A DNA stretch of 64,000 bases from Escherichia coli (GCF_050920415.1 NZ_CP169309.1), one strand, 5' to 3'. Positions 22,971 through 38,374 are shown, numbered from the stretch's first letter. The notes: generated from the letters alone by a model not told the origin. Numbers and translations are program-made.

Positions 22971-23107
22971 AGAGGCGCTCCTTGCCTGAGGATATTAAGT
23001 CGAAAGAGATTATTATTAGATATTAGGGTGTCACTATGGCACACAAATTAAACAGAATTAATTTCAAGCCACAAACATAGGGTTATTTTTCTTTTATTTT
23101 CATGATA

Positions 23108-24010
<903 letters not shown>

Positions 24011-24880
24011 TTACCGCTTTCTCGAGTGTGCTTTCTGGTTGTCAAACCAGTGGAAATAACTGATCACGCCTTCGGCAATGGCTGTGGCGATTTTCTGGCG
24101 AAATGCCGCCGTGCCTAACAGCCGCTCTTCTTCCGGGTTGGTGATAAAAGAAGTTTCCACCAGCACCGAAGGAACAGATGGCGATTTCAACACTACAAAC
24201 GCGGCTTGTTCGGTATTGCGACTGTGCAGCTTATGCACCGGCTTAATCTTCTTCAGAATATGCGAGCCAAGCGTCAGGCTGTTTTTAATGGTATCGGTTT
24301 GCACCAGATCAAACAGCACTTGCTGCAATAGGTGATCCTTGTCAGTCGCTTTTTTACCGGCAACTTCATCAGCGCGGTTTTCGCGTTCAGACAGGTATTT
24401 CGCCATTGCGCTACTTGCGCCGCGGTTAGAGAGAGCAAATACCGAAGCACCGGCAGCTTTCGGGTTAGTAAAGCCGTCGGCGTGAATTGACATAAACAGG
24501 TCAGCGCCATGTTTATGGGCGATTTCAACGCGATCGTACAGCGGGATAAACGTATCGCCAGAACGCGTTAAACGCGCATCAATGCCATGATTACGCAATA
24601 TGGAACGGACGTTTTTGGCAATCGCCAGCACCACATGTTTTTCTTTCGATCCATTGCGACCAATCGCTCCGGTATCAATTCCGCCGTGGCCTGGATCGAG
24701 AACAACGACACGTTTGCCGCCGCTTTTTTTGGCTTTCGGCTTACTGTGTCCGTTACTGGTTTTTAAAGGTTCTTCTTTGGCGATGGCTTGCGACATTCCT
24801 GACAACGTCAGGGCAGCCAATCCGGCTTTCAGCACCTGGCGGCGCGAAGTGAGTGTTTTTAGTGGTTTAAAAGTGCTCAT
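24011..24880 (-). CDS. amiA: N-acetylmuramoyl-L-alanine amidase AmiA
   Basis: 289 aa; Tat-type signal peptide (SRRQVLKAG); amidase_3-family body. Confidence 0.92.
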   Translation of the reverse strand: MSTFKPLKTLTSRRQVLKAGLAALTLSGMSQAIAKEEPLKTSNGHSKPKAKKSGGKRVVVLDPGHGGIDTGAIGRNGSKEKHVVLAIAKNVRSILRNHGIDARLTRSGDTFIPLYDRVEIAHKHGADLFMSIHADGFTNPKAAGASVFALSNRGASSAMAKYLSERENRADEVAGKKATDKDHLLQQVLFDLVQTDTIKNSLTLGSHILKKIKPVHKLHSRNTEQAAFVVLKSPSVPSVLVETSFITNPEEERLLGTAAFRQKIATAIAEGVISYFHWFDNQKAHSRKR

Positions 24881-25093
24881 ACGGCCTGAGTTGTAATAAT
24901 AAAGTTCCAGATGTTATATCGTATCGCGTAATCCGTTACGACCGTTTGCTGTTGAGAATTGTTTTACTTTTCATTTCAATAGTTGACAACTCCCCATTAT
25001 GCCACTTTTTTAACCGATTTTCGTCAGATATTGGCTAATTCGACCGTTCACGCCATAATCAGCCTTTTAACCCGCAAAAAGGTAACGAATACC

Positions 25094-25519
25094 ATGGAGA
25101 TACGCGTATTTCGCCAGGAAGATTTCGAAGAGGTCATCACCCTTTGGGAGCGTTGCGACTTGCTGCGTCCGTGGAACGATCCGGAAATGGACATCGAGCG
25201 CAAAATGAACCATGACGTCAGTCTGTTTCTGGTCGCTGAGGTAAACGGTGAAGTGGTCGGAACGGTGATGGGCGGTTATGACGGGCATCGCGGGTCTGCT
25301 TATTATCTTGGCGTGCATCCAGAGTTTCGTGGGCGTGGGATTGCTAATGCGTTGCTTAATCGGCTGGAGAAAAAGCTGATTGCTCGCGGCTGCCCGAAAA
25401 TTCAGATCAATGTGCCGGAAGATAACGACATGGTGCTCGGAATGTATGAACGCCTTGGATATGAACACGCCGACGTGCTGAGTCTGGGCAAGCGTTTGAT
25501 TGAAGATGAAGAGTACTGA
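25094..25519 (+). CDS. ypeA: GNAT-family N-acetyltransferase YpeA
   Basis: ORF 24983..25519 trimmed to ATG 25094 ([14 protein letters not shown]...), 141 aa. Confidence 0.85.
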
Positions 25520-25955
25520 GTTTCATCCTGCCCATTATGATGCGCACGGACGCCTGCGTTTACCTTTTCTCTTCTGGCTTGTGCTGTTGCTTCAGGCGCG
25601 AACCTGGGTGCTGTTTGTCATTGCCGGTGCGTCGCGTGAGCAGGGTACTGCGCTGTTGAATCTGTTTTATCCCGATCACGATAATTTCTGGCTGGGGTTA
25701 ATTCCTGGCATTCCTGCGGTGCTGGCGTTTTTGTTGAGCGGTCGGCGGGCTACGTTTCCTCGCATCTGGTATGTACTCTATTTTCTGTTGCTGTTGGCGC
25801 AGCTCGTTTTGCTTTGCTGGCAACCGTGGTTGTGGCTGAACGGTGAATCCGTTAGCGGTATCGGTCTGGCGCTGGTAGTGGCGGATATTGTGGCGTTAAT
25901 CTGGCTGCTGACCAATCGACGTTTACGCGCTTGTTTTAATGAAGAAAAAGAATAA
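25506..25955 (+). CDS. yfeZ: Inner membrane protein YfeZ
   Basis: About 149 aa hydrophobic protein; start taken at the second ATG ([11 protein letters not shown]...); overlaps the ypeA end. Confidence 0.8.
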
Positions 25956-26015
25956 CGGCACTTTTTGGTGAATTTGCACTCCAAGCAACGTTATTGAATA
26001 ACCAAAGGAAGTGAC

Positions 26016-26591
26016 ATGAAATCGCTGCGTTTAATGTTATGCGCTATGCCGTTGATGCTGACCGGCTGTTCCACGATGTCGTCAGTTAACTGGTCTGCCG
26101 CTAACCCGTGGAACTGGTTTGGGTCGTCCACCAAAGTGAGCGAGCAGGGCGTTGGTGAATTAACGGCGTCCACACCACTGCAAGAACAAGCCATTGCCGA
26201 TGCGCTTGATGGCGATTATCGCCTGCGCAGCGGAATGAAAACCGCGAACGGCAACGTGGTGCGCTTTTTTGAAGTGATGAAAGGCGACAACGTGGCGATG
26301 GTGATTAACGGCGATCAGGGCACGATCAGCCGCGTTGATGTGCTGGATAGCGATATTCCAGCTGACTCCGGTGTTAAAATCGGTACACCGTTTAGCGACC
26401 TTTACAGCAAAGCATTTGGCAATTGCCAAAAAGCTGATGGTGATGATAATCGTGCCGTCGAATGTAAAGCCGAAGGCAGTCAACATATTAGCTACCAGTT
26501 CAGCGGGGAATGGAGTGGTCCTGAAGGGTTAATGCCTTCGGACGATACCCTGAAAAACTGGAAAGTCAGTAAAATTATCTGGCGGCGTTAA
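26016..26591 (+). CDS. yfeY: Lipoprotein YfeY
   Basis: 191 aa; lipobox LTGC in the signal peptide (MKSLRLMLCAMPLMLTGCS). Confidence 0.88.
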   Translation: MKSLRLMLCAMPLMLTGCSTMSSVNWSAANPWNWFGSSTKVSEQGVGELTASTPLQEQAIADALDGDYRLRSGMKTANGNVVRFFEVMKGDNVAMVINGDQGTISRVDVLDSDIPADSGVKIGTPFSDLYSKAFGNCQKADGDDNRAVECKAEGSQHISYQFSGEWSGPEGLMPSDDTLKNWKVSKIIWRR

Positions 26592-26602
26592 TTTGCGTCT
26601 GA

Positions 26603-27586
<984 letters not shown>

Positions 27587-27606
27587 GCGCTTCTGATTCG
27601 ATGATT

Positions 27607-27643
27607 AAAGGCCAGCCAGTATCACAACTGACTGGCCTTTTTA
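27607..27643. terminator. Bidirectional rho-independent terminator between convergent yfeX and yfeW
   Basis: aaaggccag...ctggccttt 9-bp stem with an internal ccagt/actgg helix, flanked by A-run and T-run. Confidence 0.6.
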
Positions 27644-28945
27644 TTACTGCTTTAACGCCGCATACACCTGATCCACCACCCAACCATAAGTTGCAATCGG
27701 TAGCTGACCGCTTTCGAACATATTGGGATTTTTGTGTGGATCGGCAACTGGTGAATGTGGCTTGTTGCTTAACATCACAATCGCCATATGATTGATAGGA
27801 TCGATAACGGTCACCGTCCCGGTCCAGCCAGTGTGACCGTAGGTTTGCGGGCTTGCCAGCGTGCCAAACGTCGGCGTCATGGTGGCATTACCATTCACGC
27901 GCCAGCCGAGGCCAAAAGTAGCATCTTCCTTAGAGCTGGTGGTGAACATCTTCACCGTTTCCGCACTGAACAGCTGCACATCGCCATAGCCGCCGCCGTT
28001 CAGCATCGTTTGCATTAACACCGCAATATCGCCGGTATTGGAAAACAAACCTGCGTGCCCGGAAACGCCGCCCATCGAATAGAATGCTTTTTCATCGTGC
28101 ACCTGACCCCAGAGAGTGGAGGTGCGGATATTCGGGAAGTGAATCACGCCATCGCGGGTATTGCCGTTCAGTTCCGTGGCGGCAATTTGCTGTGGTTTAA
28201 AGCCTTTCAGCAGCGGATTAAACACCGTATGCGTCAGGCCGAGCGGGCGATAAATCGACTCTTCAACATAGCGGTCAAGCGGCTGACCAGTAACTGACTC
28301 GACGATAAATCCAAGCAGCATATAATCGACATCGCTGTAGATATGTTTGCTGCCGGGCTGATATTCCAGGGGCGTGCGCTTGATCATTTCCAGCGTCTGG
28401 CCTTTATCCTGGGAATATAACGCGCCCGCGACGGCTTTATTTGGGTATTGCGGGTCTGCCGGGAAACCGCCGCTGTGATGCAGCAGATCAGAAATCCGCA
28501 GCGTGTTTTTGCCTTTGATGGTGTCATTTGGACTGTCGGCAAATCCCGGAATATATTTCGCAATCCGATCGTCAGGATGTAGTTTGCCTTCGCTCATTAG
28601 CTTTTGTAGGGCGAAGTTAGTGGCGTACATTTTTGTGTTTGAGGCCAGGTCATACAGCGTCTCGGTGGTTGCTTTTACTGGCTGCTTCATTAACACGCTG
28701 CCATCGTACTTTTTCGCCGCGCCCCAGGCTTTGCGATACACAATCTGATTATCTTTAATGATCAGCAGGTTAACGCCGGGATAACCGGCATCAACTTGCT
28801 GGCTAATCCAGCGATCCATCTGATTAAGCCGTTCGACGTTAAACCCTGCTTTCTCTGGCGAACTTTCTGTCAGAACAGGGTATTTTGCGGCGCTGACGCT
28901 ACAGCTGACAGCCAGCAGAGAAAAATAGAGCATTGTCCGTTTCAT
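27644..28945 (-). CDS. yfeW: Penicillin-binding protein 4B (beta-lactamase/DD-peptidase family) YfeW
   Basis: 433 aa; signal peptide; SNTK active-site motif (DLASNTKMYATNFALQ). Confidence 0.88.
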   Translation of the reverse strand: MKRTMLYFSLLAVSCSVSAAKYPVLTESSPEKAGFNVERLNQMDRWISQQVDAGYPGVNLLIIKDNQIVYRKAWGAAKKYDGSVLMKQPVKATTETLYDLASNTKMYATNFALQKLMSEGKLHPDDRIAKYIPGFADSPNDTIKGKNTLRISDLLHHSGGFPADPQYPNKAVAGALYSQDKGQTLEMIKRTPLEYQPGSKHIYSDVDYMLLGFIVESVTGQPLDRYVEESIYRPLGLTHTVFNPLLKGFKPQQIAATELNGNTRDGVIHFPNIRTSTLWGQVHDEKAFYSMGGVSGHAGLFSNTGDIAVLMQTMLNGGGYGDVQLFSAETVKMFTTSSKEDATFGLGWRVNGNATMTPTFGTLASPQTYGHTGWTGTVTVIDPINHMAIVMLSNKPHSPVADPHKNPNMFESGQLPIATYGWVVDQVYAALKQ

Positions 28946-28947
28946 AA

Positions 28948-30372
<1,425 letters not shown>

Positions 30373-30375
30373 GGG

Positions 30376-31272
30376 TTATTCCTTGTCTAAAACCTGACGA
30401 ATAAAGCCGCCGTGTTGATCCAGGCGTTTTTTTGCTTCTGCGGCATCGAGATTTTTCAGCACCATCACAATGGCCGTTTTGCAGTTGCGCTCGCAGGCAA
30501 TTAACGCCGCTTCCGCTTGTTCGGCGTTACATCCGGTGGCGTTTTTAACGATATTGACCTGGCGCACATGCAATTTTTCGTTGGTGGCGACCACATCGAC
30601 CATCAGGTTGCCGAACACTTTGCCGGATTTAATCATCAGCCCGGTAGAAAGCATATTGAGCACCAGTTTCTGCGCTGTGCCTGCTTTCATTCGCGAAGAA
30701 CCGGTAACCACTTCGGCACCAACCACCGGAGTAATAGCAAACTCAGCGGTGGTTGAAACGGCGCTCCCCGGATTACAGGAAATGCCCACTGTGCGGCAAC
30801 CGAGTTGGCGTGCGTATTCCAGCCCGGCAATCACATACGGTGTGCGACCGCTGGCAGCAATACCAACCACCACATCCTGTGCGGTTAAGCCGATATTTTT
30901 TAGATCGTTAACACCACCTTCCCGGCTATCTTCTGCGCCTTCCACCGCGTGCTGAATGGCATATTCACCGCCAGCAATCAAACCAACCACCAGGTCCGGT
31001 TTGACGCCGTAGGTCGGCGGACATTCGCTGGCATCAAGAATACCCAGACGACCGGAAGTCCCCGCACCGATGTAAATCAGTCGACCGCCGCCGCTTACCT
31101 GGGCGTGGATAACATCGATCGCTGCGGCGATATCCGGCAGTACACGCTCAACGGCAAGTGGTACGGTTTTATCTTCATCGTTGATAATCCGGCACATTTC
31201 CAGCGTTGATACGCGGTCAATTTCAGCCGAAGCGGCGTTCGAGCCTTCGGTAATCATCTTTTCAAGTTGCAT
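30376..31272 (-). CDS. murQ: N-acetylmuramic acid 6-phosphate etherase MurQ
   Basis: 298 aa SIS-domain protein; 3 bp upstream of murP. Confidence 0.92.
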   Translation of the reverse strand: MQLEKMITEGSNAASAEIDRVSTLEMCRIINDEDKTVPLAVERVLPDIAAAIDVIHAQVSGGGRLIYIGAGTSGRLGILDASECPPTYGVKPDLVVGLIAGGEYAIQHAVEGAEDSREGGVNDLKNIGLTAQDVVVGIAASGRTPYVIAGLEYARQLGCRTVGISCNPGSAVSTTAEFAITPVVGAEVVTGSSRMKAGTAQKLVLNMLSTGLMIKSGKVFGNLMVDVVATNEKLHVRQVNIVKNATGCNAEQAEAALIACERNCKTAIVMVLKNLDAAEAKKRLDQHGGFIRQVLDKE

Positions 31273-31435
31273 CGGTGGTGACCTTACTATTTACGATCAA
31301 ATAATTGCAGATGGATGGAATCATATATCCCGAATTGACAGACTTAAAGGAATCATTGAGTCTACACTCGCAGAGTGTGAAGAGCGTCATAAGAACTTAA
31401 GCGGAATTTTTGCTGCCAGCCCAGGAGAGTGGAAG
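31273..31435. promoter_or_regulatory. Divergent murQ / murR control region
   Basis: 163-bp intergenic region between divergently oriented murQ and murR; promoter and MurR operator are expected here from established knowledge, exact sites not resolved. Confidence 0.5.
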
Positions 31436-32293
31436 ATGTTGTACCTGACGAAAATACGCAATGCAGAAAGTGAATTTACCGAGAACGAGCAAAAAATAGC
31501 TGACTTTCTGCAGGCTAAAGTGAGTGAGCTGAAATCCGTCTCTTCGCGCAAGATGGCGAAACAGCTCGGTATCAGCCAGTCGAGTATTGTGAAGTTTGCC
31601 CAGAAGCTCGGCGCGCAAGGATTTACTGAATTGCGTATGGCGTTAATTGGCGAATACAGTGCCAGCCGGGAGAAAACGAATGCCACGGCGCTGCACTTGC
31701 ACAGTTCGATTACCAGTGACGATTCGCTGGAAGTGATTGCCCGCAAACTGAATCGCGAAAAAGAGCTGGCACTGGAGCAAACCTGCGCCTTACTCGATTA
31801 CGCGCGGCTGCAAAAAATCATTGAGGTCATCAGTAAAGCGCCGTTTATCCAGATAACAGGCCTGGGCGGGTCGGCGCTGGTGGGGCGCGATCTTTCATTC
31901 AAACTGATGAAAATTGGTTATCGCGTGGCCTGTGAAGCCGACACGCACGTACAAGCTACCGTTTCCCAGGCGTTGAAAAAAGGTGATGTACAAATCGCTA
32001 TCTCTTACAGCGGCAGTAAAAAAGAGATTTTGCTATGCGCCGAGGCAGCGCGAAAGCAGGGGGCAACGGTGATTGCCATTACTTCACTGACTGATTCTTC
32101 GCTGCGGCGGTTGGCACATTTCACCCTCGATACCGTTTCTGGTGAAACCGAATGGCGTAGCTCGTCGATGTCCACCCGCACGGCGCAAAATTCGGTTACC
32201 GATTTACTGTTTGTTGGGCTGGTACAACTTAATGATGTCGAGTCATTGAAAATGATTGAGCGCAGCAGTGAGCTAACACAACGCCTGAAATGA
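31436..32293 (+). CDS. murR: RpiR/SIS-family transcriptional repressor MurR
   Basis: ORF 31181..32293 trimmed to ATG 31436 ([25 protein letters not shown]...), 285 aa; the longer ORF would overlap murQ on the opposite strand. Confidence 0.9.
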   Translation: MLYLTKIRNAESEFTENEQKIADFLQAKVSELKSVSSRKMAKQLGISQSSIVKFAQKLGAQGFTELRMALIGEYSASREKTNATALHLHSSITSDDSLEVIARKLNREKELALEQTCALLDYARLQKIIEVISKAPFIQITGLGGSALVGRDLSFKLMKIGYRVACEADTHVQATVSQALKKGDVQIAISYSGSKKEILLCAEAARKQGATVIAITSLTDSSLRRLAHFTLDTVSGETEWRSSSMSTRTAQNSVTDLLFVGLVQLNDVESLKMIERSSELTQRLK

Positions 32294-32421
32294 TGCATAA
32301 AGCAGCGACTGGATTGAGATTTTCCTGAATTAGTGAGCTGATCCGCAGCAATATTTTGTTTATCCTGTATTTTCAGAGGGAATGGAGTGTAACGCTCTGT
32401 ATTAACAAGGAGAGCATTAAA

Positions 32422-33213
32422 ATGGGTAAACTCACGGGCAAGACAGCACTGATTACGGGCGCATTGCAGGGAATTGGCGAAGGAATTGCCAGAACTTTTG
32501 CGCGTCATGGCGCAAACCTAATCTTGCTGGATATCTCCCCTGAGATCGAAAAGCTGGCGGACGAACTGTGTGGTCGTGGTCATCGCTGTACGGCGGTTGT
32601 CGCCGATGTGCGTGACCCGGCGTCGGTAGCCGCAGCTATCAAGCGCGCAAAGGAAAAAGAAGGGCGCATTGATATCCTGGTGAATAACGCAGGCGTTTGT
32701 CGTCTGGGCAGTTTCCTCGATATGAGCGATGAAGATCGCGATTTCCATATTGATATCAATATAAAAGGCGTATGGAACGTCACGAAGGCGGTGCTGCCGG
32801 AGATGATTGCCCGCAAAGATGGTCGCATTGTGATGATGTCTTCGGTCACTGGCGATATGGTGGCCGATCCGGGCGAAACGGCGTATGCCTTAACGAAAGC
32901 GGCGATTGTTGGCCTGACTAAATCGCTGGCGGTGGAGTACGCGCAGTCTGGTATTCGCGTTAACGCCATCTGCCCAGGATATGTTCGCACGCCAATGGCG
33001 GAAAGCATCGCGCGTCAGTCAAACCCGGAGGATCCGGAATCGGTGCTGACTGAAATGGCGAAAGCAATCCCGCTGCGTCGCCTCGCCGATCCGCTGGAAG
33101 TTGGCGAACTGGCGGCCTTCCTCGCATCCGATGAATCCAGCTATTTAACCGGTACACAGAATGTGATTGATGGCGGCAGCACACTGCCGGAGACGGTTAG
33201 CGTCGGCATCTGA
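32422..33213 (+). CDS. ucpA: Short-chain dehydrogenase/reductase UcpA
   Basis: ORF trimmed to ATG 32422 (MGKLTGKTALITGALQGIGEG...), 263 aa; Rossmann TGxxxGIG motif. Confidence 0.9.
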   Translation: MGKLTGKTALITGALQGIGEGIARTFARHGANLILLDISPEIEKLADELCGRGHRCTAVVADVRDPASVAAAIKRAKEKEGRIDILVNNAGVCRLGSFLDMSDEDRDFHIDINIKGVWNVTKAVLPEMIARKDGRIVMMSSVTGDMVADPGETAYALTKAAIVGLTKSLAVEYAQSGIRVNAICPGYVRTPMAESIARQSNPEDPESVLTEMAKAIPLRRLADPLEVGELAAFLASDESSYLTGTQNVIDGGSTLPETVSVGI

Positions 33214-33516
33214 TTCACCTCTGTTTCCTCCCTGCATGTGTGGGGAGGATTTCGTCTTGAACTAAGTTCACCAGGCTATTTTATTTGTCATTTTGGCCCC
33301 GGGCAGTGCTCGAAATCCTCACGTACTATGTGTACGCTCCGGTTTCTCCGCGCTGTTCGTGTCCAAACTGACTGCAACAATTACGCCTGTTGAACCAAGT
33401 TCTTATTCCCTTTTCAACTTCCAAATCACCAAACGGTATATAAAACCGTTACTCCTTTCACGTCCGTTATAAATATGATGACTAATAGAAAGTCATTTAA
33501 TTAATAAGGGTGCGCA

Positions 33517-34533
33517 ATGGCCGTTAACTTACTGAAAAAGAACTCACTCGCGCTGGTCGCTTCTCTGCTGCTGGCGGGCCATGTACAGGCAACGGAACTG
33601 CTGAACAGTTCTTATGACGTCTCCCGCGAGCTGTTTGCTGCCCTGAATCCGCCGTTTGAGCAACAATGGGCCAAAGACAACGGCGGCGATAAACTGACGA
33701 TAAAACAATCTCATGCCGGGTCATCAAAACAGGCGCTGGCGATTTTGCAGGGCTTAAAAGCGGACGTTGTCACTTATAACCAGGTGACCGACGTGCAGAT
33801 CCTGCATGATAAAGGCAAGCTGATCCCGGCTGACTGGCAGTCGCGCCTGCCGAATAACAGCTCGCCGTTTTACTCCACCATGGGCTTCCTGGTGCGTAAG
33901 GGCAACCCGAAGAATATCCATGACTGGAACGATCTGGTGCGCTCCGACGTGAAGCTGATTTTCCCGAACCCAAAAACCTCCGGTAACGCGCGTTATACCT
34001 ATCTGGCGGCATGGGGCGCAGCGGATAAAGCTGACGGTGGCGATAAAGCCAAAACCGAACAGTTTATGACCCAGTTCCTGAAAAACGTGGAAGTGTTCGA
34101 TACCGGCGGTCGTGGCGCGACCACTACTTTTGCCGAGCGCGGGCTGGGCGATGTGCTGATTAGCTTCGAATCGGAAGTGAACAACATCCGCAAGCAGTAT
34201 GAAGCGCAGGGCTTTGAAGTGGTGATTCCGAAAACCAACATTCTGGCGGAATTCCCGGTGGCGTGGGTCGATAAAAACGTGCAGGCCAACGGCACGGAAA
34301 AAGCGGCAAAAGCTTACCTGAACTGGCTCTACAGCCCACAGGCGCAAACGATCATTACCGATTATTACTACCGCGTGAATAACCCGGAAGTCATGGACAA
34401 ACTGAAAGACAAATTCCCGCAGACCGAGCTGTTTCGCGTGGAAGATAAATTTGGCTCCTGGCCGGAAGTGATGAAAACCCACTTCAACAGCGGCGGCGAG
34501 TTAGACAAGCTGTTAGCGGCGGGGCGTAACTAA
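33517..34533 (+). CDS. cysP: Thiosulfate/sulfate-binding periplasmic protein CysP
   Basis: 338 aa with signal peptide; first gene of cysPUWAM. Confidence 0.92.
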   Translation: MAVNLLKKNSLALVASLLLAGHVQATELLNSSYDVSRELFAALNPPFEQQWAKDNGGDKLTIKQSHAGSSKQALAILQGLKADVVTYNQVTDVQILHDKGKLIPADWQSRLPNNSSPFYSTMGFLVRKGNPKNIHDWNDLVRSDVKLIFPNPKTSGNARYTYLAAWGAADKADGGDKAKTEQFMTQFLKNVEVFDTGGRGATTTFAERGLGDVLISFESEVNNIRKQYEAQGFEVVIPKTNILAEFPVAWVDKNVQANGTEKAAKAYLNWLYSPQAQTIITDYYYRVNNPEVMDKLKDKFPQTELFRVEDKFGSWPEVMKTHFNSGGELDKLLAAGRN

Positions 34534-35366
34534 TGTTTGCAGTTTCTTCCAGACGCGTGCTGCCGGGCTTTACCTTAAGCCTCGGCACCAGTCTGCTGTT
34601 TGTGTGCCTGATTTTGCTGCTGCCGCTCTCCGCACTGGTGATGCAACTGGCTCAGATGAGCTGGGCGCAGTATTGGGAGGTGATCACCAACCCGCAGGTG
34701 GTTGCGGCCTATAAAGTGACGCTGCTGTCGGCGTTTGTGGCATCGATTTTTAACGGCGTTTTCGGCCTGCTGATGGCGTGGATTTTAACCCGCTATCGCT
34801 TTCCGGGCCGCACGCTGCTTGATGCGCTGATGGATTTACCGTTTGCGCTACCAACGGCGGTAGCAGGTTTAACGCTGGCCTCGCTCTTTTCCGTGAACGG
34901 TTTTTACGGTGAATGGCTGGCGAAGTTTGATATCAAAGTCACCTATACGTGGCTTGGTATCGCGGTGGCGATGGCCTTTACCAGTATTCCGTTTGTGGTG
35001 CGTACCGTGCAGCCGGTGCTGGAGGAGTTAGGCCCGGAATATGAAGAAGCCGCAGAAACGCTCGGCGCAACGCGCTGGCAGAGTTTCTGCAAAGTGGTGC
35101 TGCCGGAGCTTTCTCCGGCGCTGGTGGCGGGCGTGGCGCTGTCGTTTACCCGTAGTCTCGGTGAGTTTGGTGCGGTGATTTTTATCGCCGGGAACATCGC
35201 CTGGAAGACGGAAGTGACGTCGCTGATGATTTTTGTTCGCTTACAGGAGTTTGATTACCCGGCGGCGAGCGCAATTGCTTCGGTGATCCTCGCGGCGTCA
35301 CTGCTGCTGCTGTTCTCAATTAACACTCTGCAAAGTCGCTTTGGTCGGCGTGTGGTAGGTCATTAA
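34533..35366 (+). CDS. cysU: Sulfate/thiosulfate ABC transporter permease CysU (CysT)
   Basis: 277 aa polytopic permease. Confidence 0.92.
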   Translation: MFAVSSRRVLPGFTLSLGTSLLFVCLILLLPLSALVMQLAQMSWAQYWEVITNPQVVAAYKVTLLSAFVASIFNGVFGLLMAWILTRYRFPGRTLLDALMDLPFALPTAVAGLTLASLFSVNGFYGEWLAKFDIKVTYTWLGIAVAMAFTSIPFVVRTVQPVLEELGPEYEEAAETLGATRWQSFCKVVLPELSPALVAGVALSFTRSLGEFGAVIFIAGNIAWKTEVTSLMIFVRLQEFDYPAASAIASVILAASLLLLFSINTLQSRFGRRVVGH

Positions 35367-36241
35367 TGGCGGAAGTGACACAGTTGAAGCGTTATGACGC
35401 GCGCCCAATTAACTGGGGCAAATGGTTTCTGGTTGGCATCGGGATGCTGGTTTCGGCGTTCATCCTGCTGGTGCCGATGATTTACATTTTCGTGCAGGCA
35501 TTCAGCAAAGGGCTGATGCCGGTGTTACAGAATCTTGCTGACCCGGACATGCTGCACGCTATTTGGCTGACGGTGATGATCGCGCTGATTGCCGTACCGG
35601 TAAACCTGGTGTTCGGTATTCTGCTGGCGTGGCTGGTGACGCGCTTTAACTTCCCCGGACGCCAGTTATTGCTGACGCTGCTGGACATTCCGTTTGCCGT
35701 GTCGCCGGTGGTTGCCGGTCTGGTCTATCTGCTGTTCTACGGCTCTAACGGCCCGCTCGGCAGCTGGCTGGATGAACATAATCTGCAAATTATGTTCTCC
35801 TGGCCGGGAATGGTGCTGGTCACCATCTTCGTGACCTGTCCGTTTGTGGTGCGCGAGCTGGTGCCGGTGATGTTAAGCCAGGGCTGCCAGGAAGACGAAG
35901 CGGCGATTTTGCTTGGCGCGTCTGGCTGGCAGATGTTCCGCCGCGTCACGCTGCCGAACATCCGCTGGGCGCTGCTTTACGGCGTGGTGCTGACCAACGC
36001 CCGCGCGATAGGCGAGTTTGGCGCGGTGTCGGTGGTATCCGGCTCGATTCGCGGCGAAACACTTTCGCTGCCGTTACAGATTGAATTGCTGGAGCAGGAC
36101 TACAACACCGTCGGCTCCTTTACCGCCGCTGCGCTGTTGACGCTGATGGCGATTATCACCCTGTTTTTAAAGAGTATGTTGCAGTGGCGCCTGGAGAATC
36201 AGGAAAAACGCGCGCAACAGGAGGAACATCATGAGCATTGA
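35366..36241 (+). CDS. cysW: Sulfate/thiosulfate ABC transporter permease CysW
   Basis: 291 aa polytopic permease. Confidence 0.92.
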   Translation: MAEVTQLKRYDARPINWGKWFLVGIGMLVSAFILLVPMIYIFVQAFSKGLMPVLQNLADPDMLHAIWLTVMIALIAVPVNLVFGILLAWLVTRFNFPGRQLLLTLLDIPFAVSPVVAGLVYLLFYGSNGPLGSWLDEHNLQIMFSWPGMVLVTIFVTCPFVVRELVPVMLSQGCQEDEAAILLGASGWQMFRRVTLPNIRWALLYGVVLTNARAIGEFGAVSVVSGSIRGETLSLPLQIELLEQDYNTVGSFTAAALLTLMAIITLFLKSMLQWRLENQEKRAQQEEHHEH

Positions 36242-37328
36242 GATTGCCAATATTAAGAAGTCGTTTGGTCGCACCCAGGTGCTGAACGATATCTCACTGG
36301 ATATTCCTTCTGGTCAGATGGTCGCATTGCTGGGGCCGTCCGGTTCCGGGAAAACCACGCTGCTGCGGATTATCGCCGGGCTGGAGCATCAAACCAGCGG
36401 GCATATTCGTTTCCACGGCACCGACGTCAGCCGCCTGCATGCACGCGATCGTAAAGTCGGTTTCGTGTTTCAGCATTACGCGCTGTTCCGCCATATGACG
36501 GTGTTCGACAATATCGCCTTCGGCCTGACGGTGCTGCCGCGTCGCGAGCGCCCGAATGCCGCAGCCATCAAAGCGAAAGTGACAAAATTGCTGGAAATGG
36601 TGCAGCTTGCGCATCTGGCGGATCGTTATCCGGCCCAGCTTTCAGGCGGGCAGAAACAGCGTGTGGCGCTGGCGCGCGCGCTGGCTGTGGAACCGCAAAT
36701 TCTGCTGCTTGATGAACCGTTTGGCGCGCTGGATGCGCAGGTGCGTAAAGAGCTGCGTCGTTGGCTGCGTCAGTTGCATGAAGAGCTGAAATTCACCAGC
36801 GTGTTCGTTACCCACGACCAGGAAGAAGCGATGGAAGTCGCCAACCGCGTTGTGGTGATGAGCCAGGGCAATATCGAACAGGCTGATGAACCGGATCAGG
36901 TCTGGCGCGAACCGGCGACCCGTTTTGTGCTGGAGTTTATGGGCGAAGTGAACCGCTTGCAGGGAACGATTCGCGGTGGGCAGTTCCACGTTGGTGCGCA
37001 CCGCTGGCCGCTGGGATACACCCCTGCGTATCAGGGGCCGGTGGATCTCTTCCTGCGCCCGTGGGAAGTGGATATCAGCCGCCGCACCAGCCTCGATTCG
37101 CCGCTGCCGGTGCAGGTGCTGGAAGCCAGCCCGAAAGGCCACTACACCCAATTAGTCGTGCAGCCGCTGGGGTGGTATGAAGATCCGCTCACCGTGGTAA
37201 TGCGTGGCGATGATGCGCCAGTGCGCGGCGATCGTTTGTTCGTCGGGCTGCAACATGCGCGGCTGTATCACGGCGACGAGCGTATTGAAACCCGTGATGA
37301 GGAACTTGCCCTCGCACAAAGCGCCTGA
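36231..37328 (+). CDS. cysA: Sulfate/thiosulfate ABC transporter ATP-binding protein CysA
   Basis: 365 aa; Walker [13 protein letters not shown] signature LSGGQKQR, Walker B LLLDEP. Confidence 0.94.
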   Translation: MSIEIANIKKSFGRTQVLNDISLDIPSGQMVALLGPSGSGKTTLLRIIAGLEHQTSGHIRFHGTDVSRLHARDRKVGFVFQHYALFRHMTVFDNIAFGLTVLPRRERPNAAAIKAKVTKLLEMVQLAHLADRYPAQLSGGQKQRVALARALAVEPQILLLDEPFGALDAQVRKELRRWLRQLHEELKFTSVFVTHDQEEAMEVANRVVVMSQGNIEQADEPDQVWREPATRFVLEFMGEVNRLQGTIRGGQFHVGAHRWPLGYTPAYQGPVDLFLRPWEVDISRRTSLDSPLPVQVLEASPKGHYTQLVVQPLGWYEDPLTVVMRGDDAPVRGDRLFVGLQHARLYHGDERIETRDEELALAQSA

Positions 37329-37404
37329 TAGGTTGAGTGAATGTTAAACGCCCGGAGGCGCTTCCCGCGATCCGGGCTTTTTAATGGCAAGGTTTTGTAA
37401 CCTG

Positions 37405-37441
37405 TAGGCCTGATAAGACGCGTAAACGTCGCATCAGGCAA
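37405..37441. repeat. REP element between cysA and cysM
   Basis: gtaggcctgataagacgcgtaaacgtcgcatcaggca palindrome. Confidence 0.7.
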
Positions 37442-37462
37442 CACCACGTATGGACAGAGATC

Positions 37463-38374
37463 GTGAGTACATTAGAACAAACAATAGGCAATACGCCTCT
37501 GGTGAAATTACAACGAATGGGGCCGGATAACGGCAGTGAAGTGTGGTTAAAGCTGGAAGGCAATAATCCGGCCGGTTCGGTGAAAGATCGTGCGGCGCTT
37601 TCGATGATCGTCGAGGCGGAAAAGCGCGGGGAAATTAAACCGGGTGATGTGTTAATCGAAGCCACCAGTGGTAACACCGGGATTGCGCTGGCAATGATTG
37701 CCGCGCTAAAAGGCTATCGCATGAAATTGCTGATGCCCGATAACATGAGCCAGGAGCGTCGCGCGGCGATGCGTGCCTACGGTGCGGAGCTAATTCTGGT
37801 CACCAAAGAGCAGGGCATGGAAGGTGCGCGCGATCTGGCGCTAGAGATGGCGAATCGTGGCGAAGGCAAGCTGCTCGATCAGTTTAATAATCCCGATAAT
37901 CCTTATGCGCATTACACCACCACCGGGCCGGAAATCTGGCAGCAAACCGGCGGTCGCATTACCCATTTTGTCTCCAGCATGGGGACGACCGGTACGATTA
38001 CCGGCGTGTCGCGCTTTATGCGCGAGCAATCCAAACCGGTGACCATTGTTGGTCTGCAGCCGGAAGAGGGCAGCAGCATTCCCGGCATTCGTCGCTGGCC
38101 TGAGGAATATCTGCCAGGCATCTTCAACGCTTCGCTGGTGGATGAGGTGCTGGATATTCATCAGCGCGATGCGGAAAACACCATGCGCGAACTGGCAGTG
38201 CGGGAAGGGATTTTCTGCGGTGTAAGTTCCGGCGGCGCGGTTGCCGGAGCACTGCGGGTGGCAAAAGCCAACCCCGGCGCTGTAGTGGTGGCGATCATCT
38301 GCGATCGCGGCGATCGCTACCTTTCTACCGGGGTGTTTGGGGAAGAGCACTTTAGTCAGGGGGCGGGGATTTAA
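37463..38374 (+). CDS. cysM: Cysteine synthase B (O-acetylserine sulfhydrylase B)
   Basis: 303 aa; PLP-lysine region NPAGSVKDRAA. Confidence 0.93.
   Translation: MSTLEQTIGNTPLVKLQRMGPDNGSEVWLKLEGNNPAGSVKDRAALSMIVEAEKRGEIKPGDVLIEATSGNTGIALAMIAALKGYRMKLLMPDNMSQERRAAMRAYGAELILVTKEQGMEGARDLALEMANRGEGKLLDQFNNPDNPYAHYTTTGPEIWQQTGGRITHFVSSMGTTGTITGVSRFMREQSKPVTIVGLQPEEGSSIPGIRRWPEEYLPGIFNASLVDEVLDIHQRDAENTMRELAVREGIFCGVSSGGAVAGALRVAKANPGAVVVAIICDRGDRYLSTGVFGEEHFSQGAGI

Noticed and set aside
33754-34482. 242-aa minus-strand ORF antisense to cysP
   Set aside because: Antisense to a periplasmic binding-protein gene; no supporting features.
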